Shown: positions 30,549-30,647 of the stretch, piece by piece
Numbering within the stretch: the first letter of the stretch is position 1
How the letters are laid out: each line of letters starts with the position of its first letter
IMG/VR virus record: IMGVR_UViG_3300029675_000035
Origin: a virus
Reading direction: 5' to 3' (one strand)
DNA length: 30,647 nucleotides
Translations under genes and position numbers: made by a program
The notes under the pieces: model-generated
Told to the model about the DNA's origin: nothing
Database searches by the model: none
The model's input: the letters and a program-made list of their open reading frames with translations, nothing else

Positions 30549-30647
30549 CCCGCCACCGTTACAACACGATGACGGGCCTCCTAGTCAACACAATGGCAAA
30601 TAAAGGAGCCAATACTCATAATACCATATTCAAAGGAGCAGAAATGA
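30549..30647. repeat. Terminal direct repeat, copy 2 (identical to 1-99)
   Basis: See copy 1. Confidence 0.95.

Noticed and set aside
1-30647. Search for tRNA/tmRNA genes, rRNA, integrase, transposase/IS elements, and toxin or defence systems (RM, Abi, CBASS, etc.).
   Set aside because: I saw no T-loop-like GGTTCGAAT/GTTCRANYC cloverleaf candidates in intergenic regions. No ORF carries recombinase, transposase, methyltransferase, nuclease-NTPase or cyclase signatures that I could recognise by eye.

Overview
The window is a complete, circularly closed dsDNA siphovirus-type phage genome. Bases 1-99 are identical to 30549-30647 (assembly overlap), so the unique length is 30,548 bp. RBS style, leaderless and extended -10 promoters and gene content suggest a Gram-positive, possibly actinobacterial, host; this is a low-confidence guess.

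Layout:
- Rightward late operon: terS 21.7 kb, terL, portal-MuF fusion, protease-capsid fusion, collagen-like protein, connectors and major tail. It wraps through coordinate 1 into tail chaperones, tape measure, Dit, Tal, fibres and a lysis cassette ending at 8.23 kb.
- Leftward early arm (8.3-18.8 kb): HTH regulators, glutaredoxin-like protein, YqaJ-like exonuclease plus Erf recombinase, DUF3310, DnaC-like loader, replisome organiser, DUF1064 nuclease and dUTPase.
- Short rightward early operon (19.16-21.69 kb): leaderless HTH gene, two Bro-N/KilAC antirepressor paralogs, SSB.
- I found no integrase, tRNA, rRNA, CRISPR array or transposon.

Most notable observations:
1. A 1.29-kb ORF-free, helix-rich gap (16427-17717), a candidate large structured ncRNA, next to an AT-rich region and 23-bp iterons that look like an origin.
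2. The circle splits into two nearly equal halves of opposite strand composition, independent of gene orientation. One sharp switch lies inside the 5' end of the tape-measure gene.
3. A 10-mer (CGGCGTGTCG / CGACACGCCG) recurs at nearly every early-arm promoter, twice as a hairpin-promoter-leader cassette duplicated upstream of two small genes.
4. A promoter-to-terminator bounded ~80-nt sRNA candidate sits in the divergent control region.
5. A -1 frame break splits one antirepressor paralog.
6. An antisense membrane 'moron' lies inside the late operon.
7. Several sub-60-aa genes are missing from the ORF track.

Many long ORFs in the track are stop-codon-depletion artefacts of the strand skew and are rejected.
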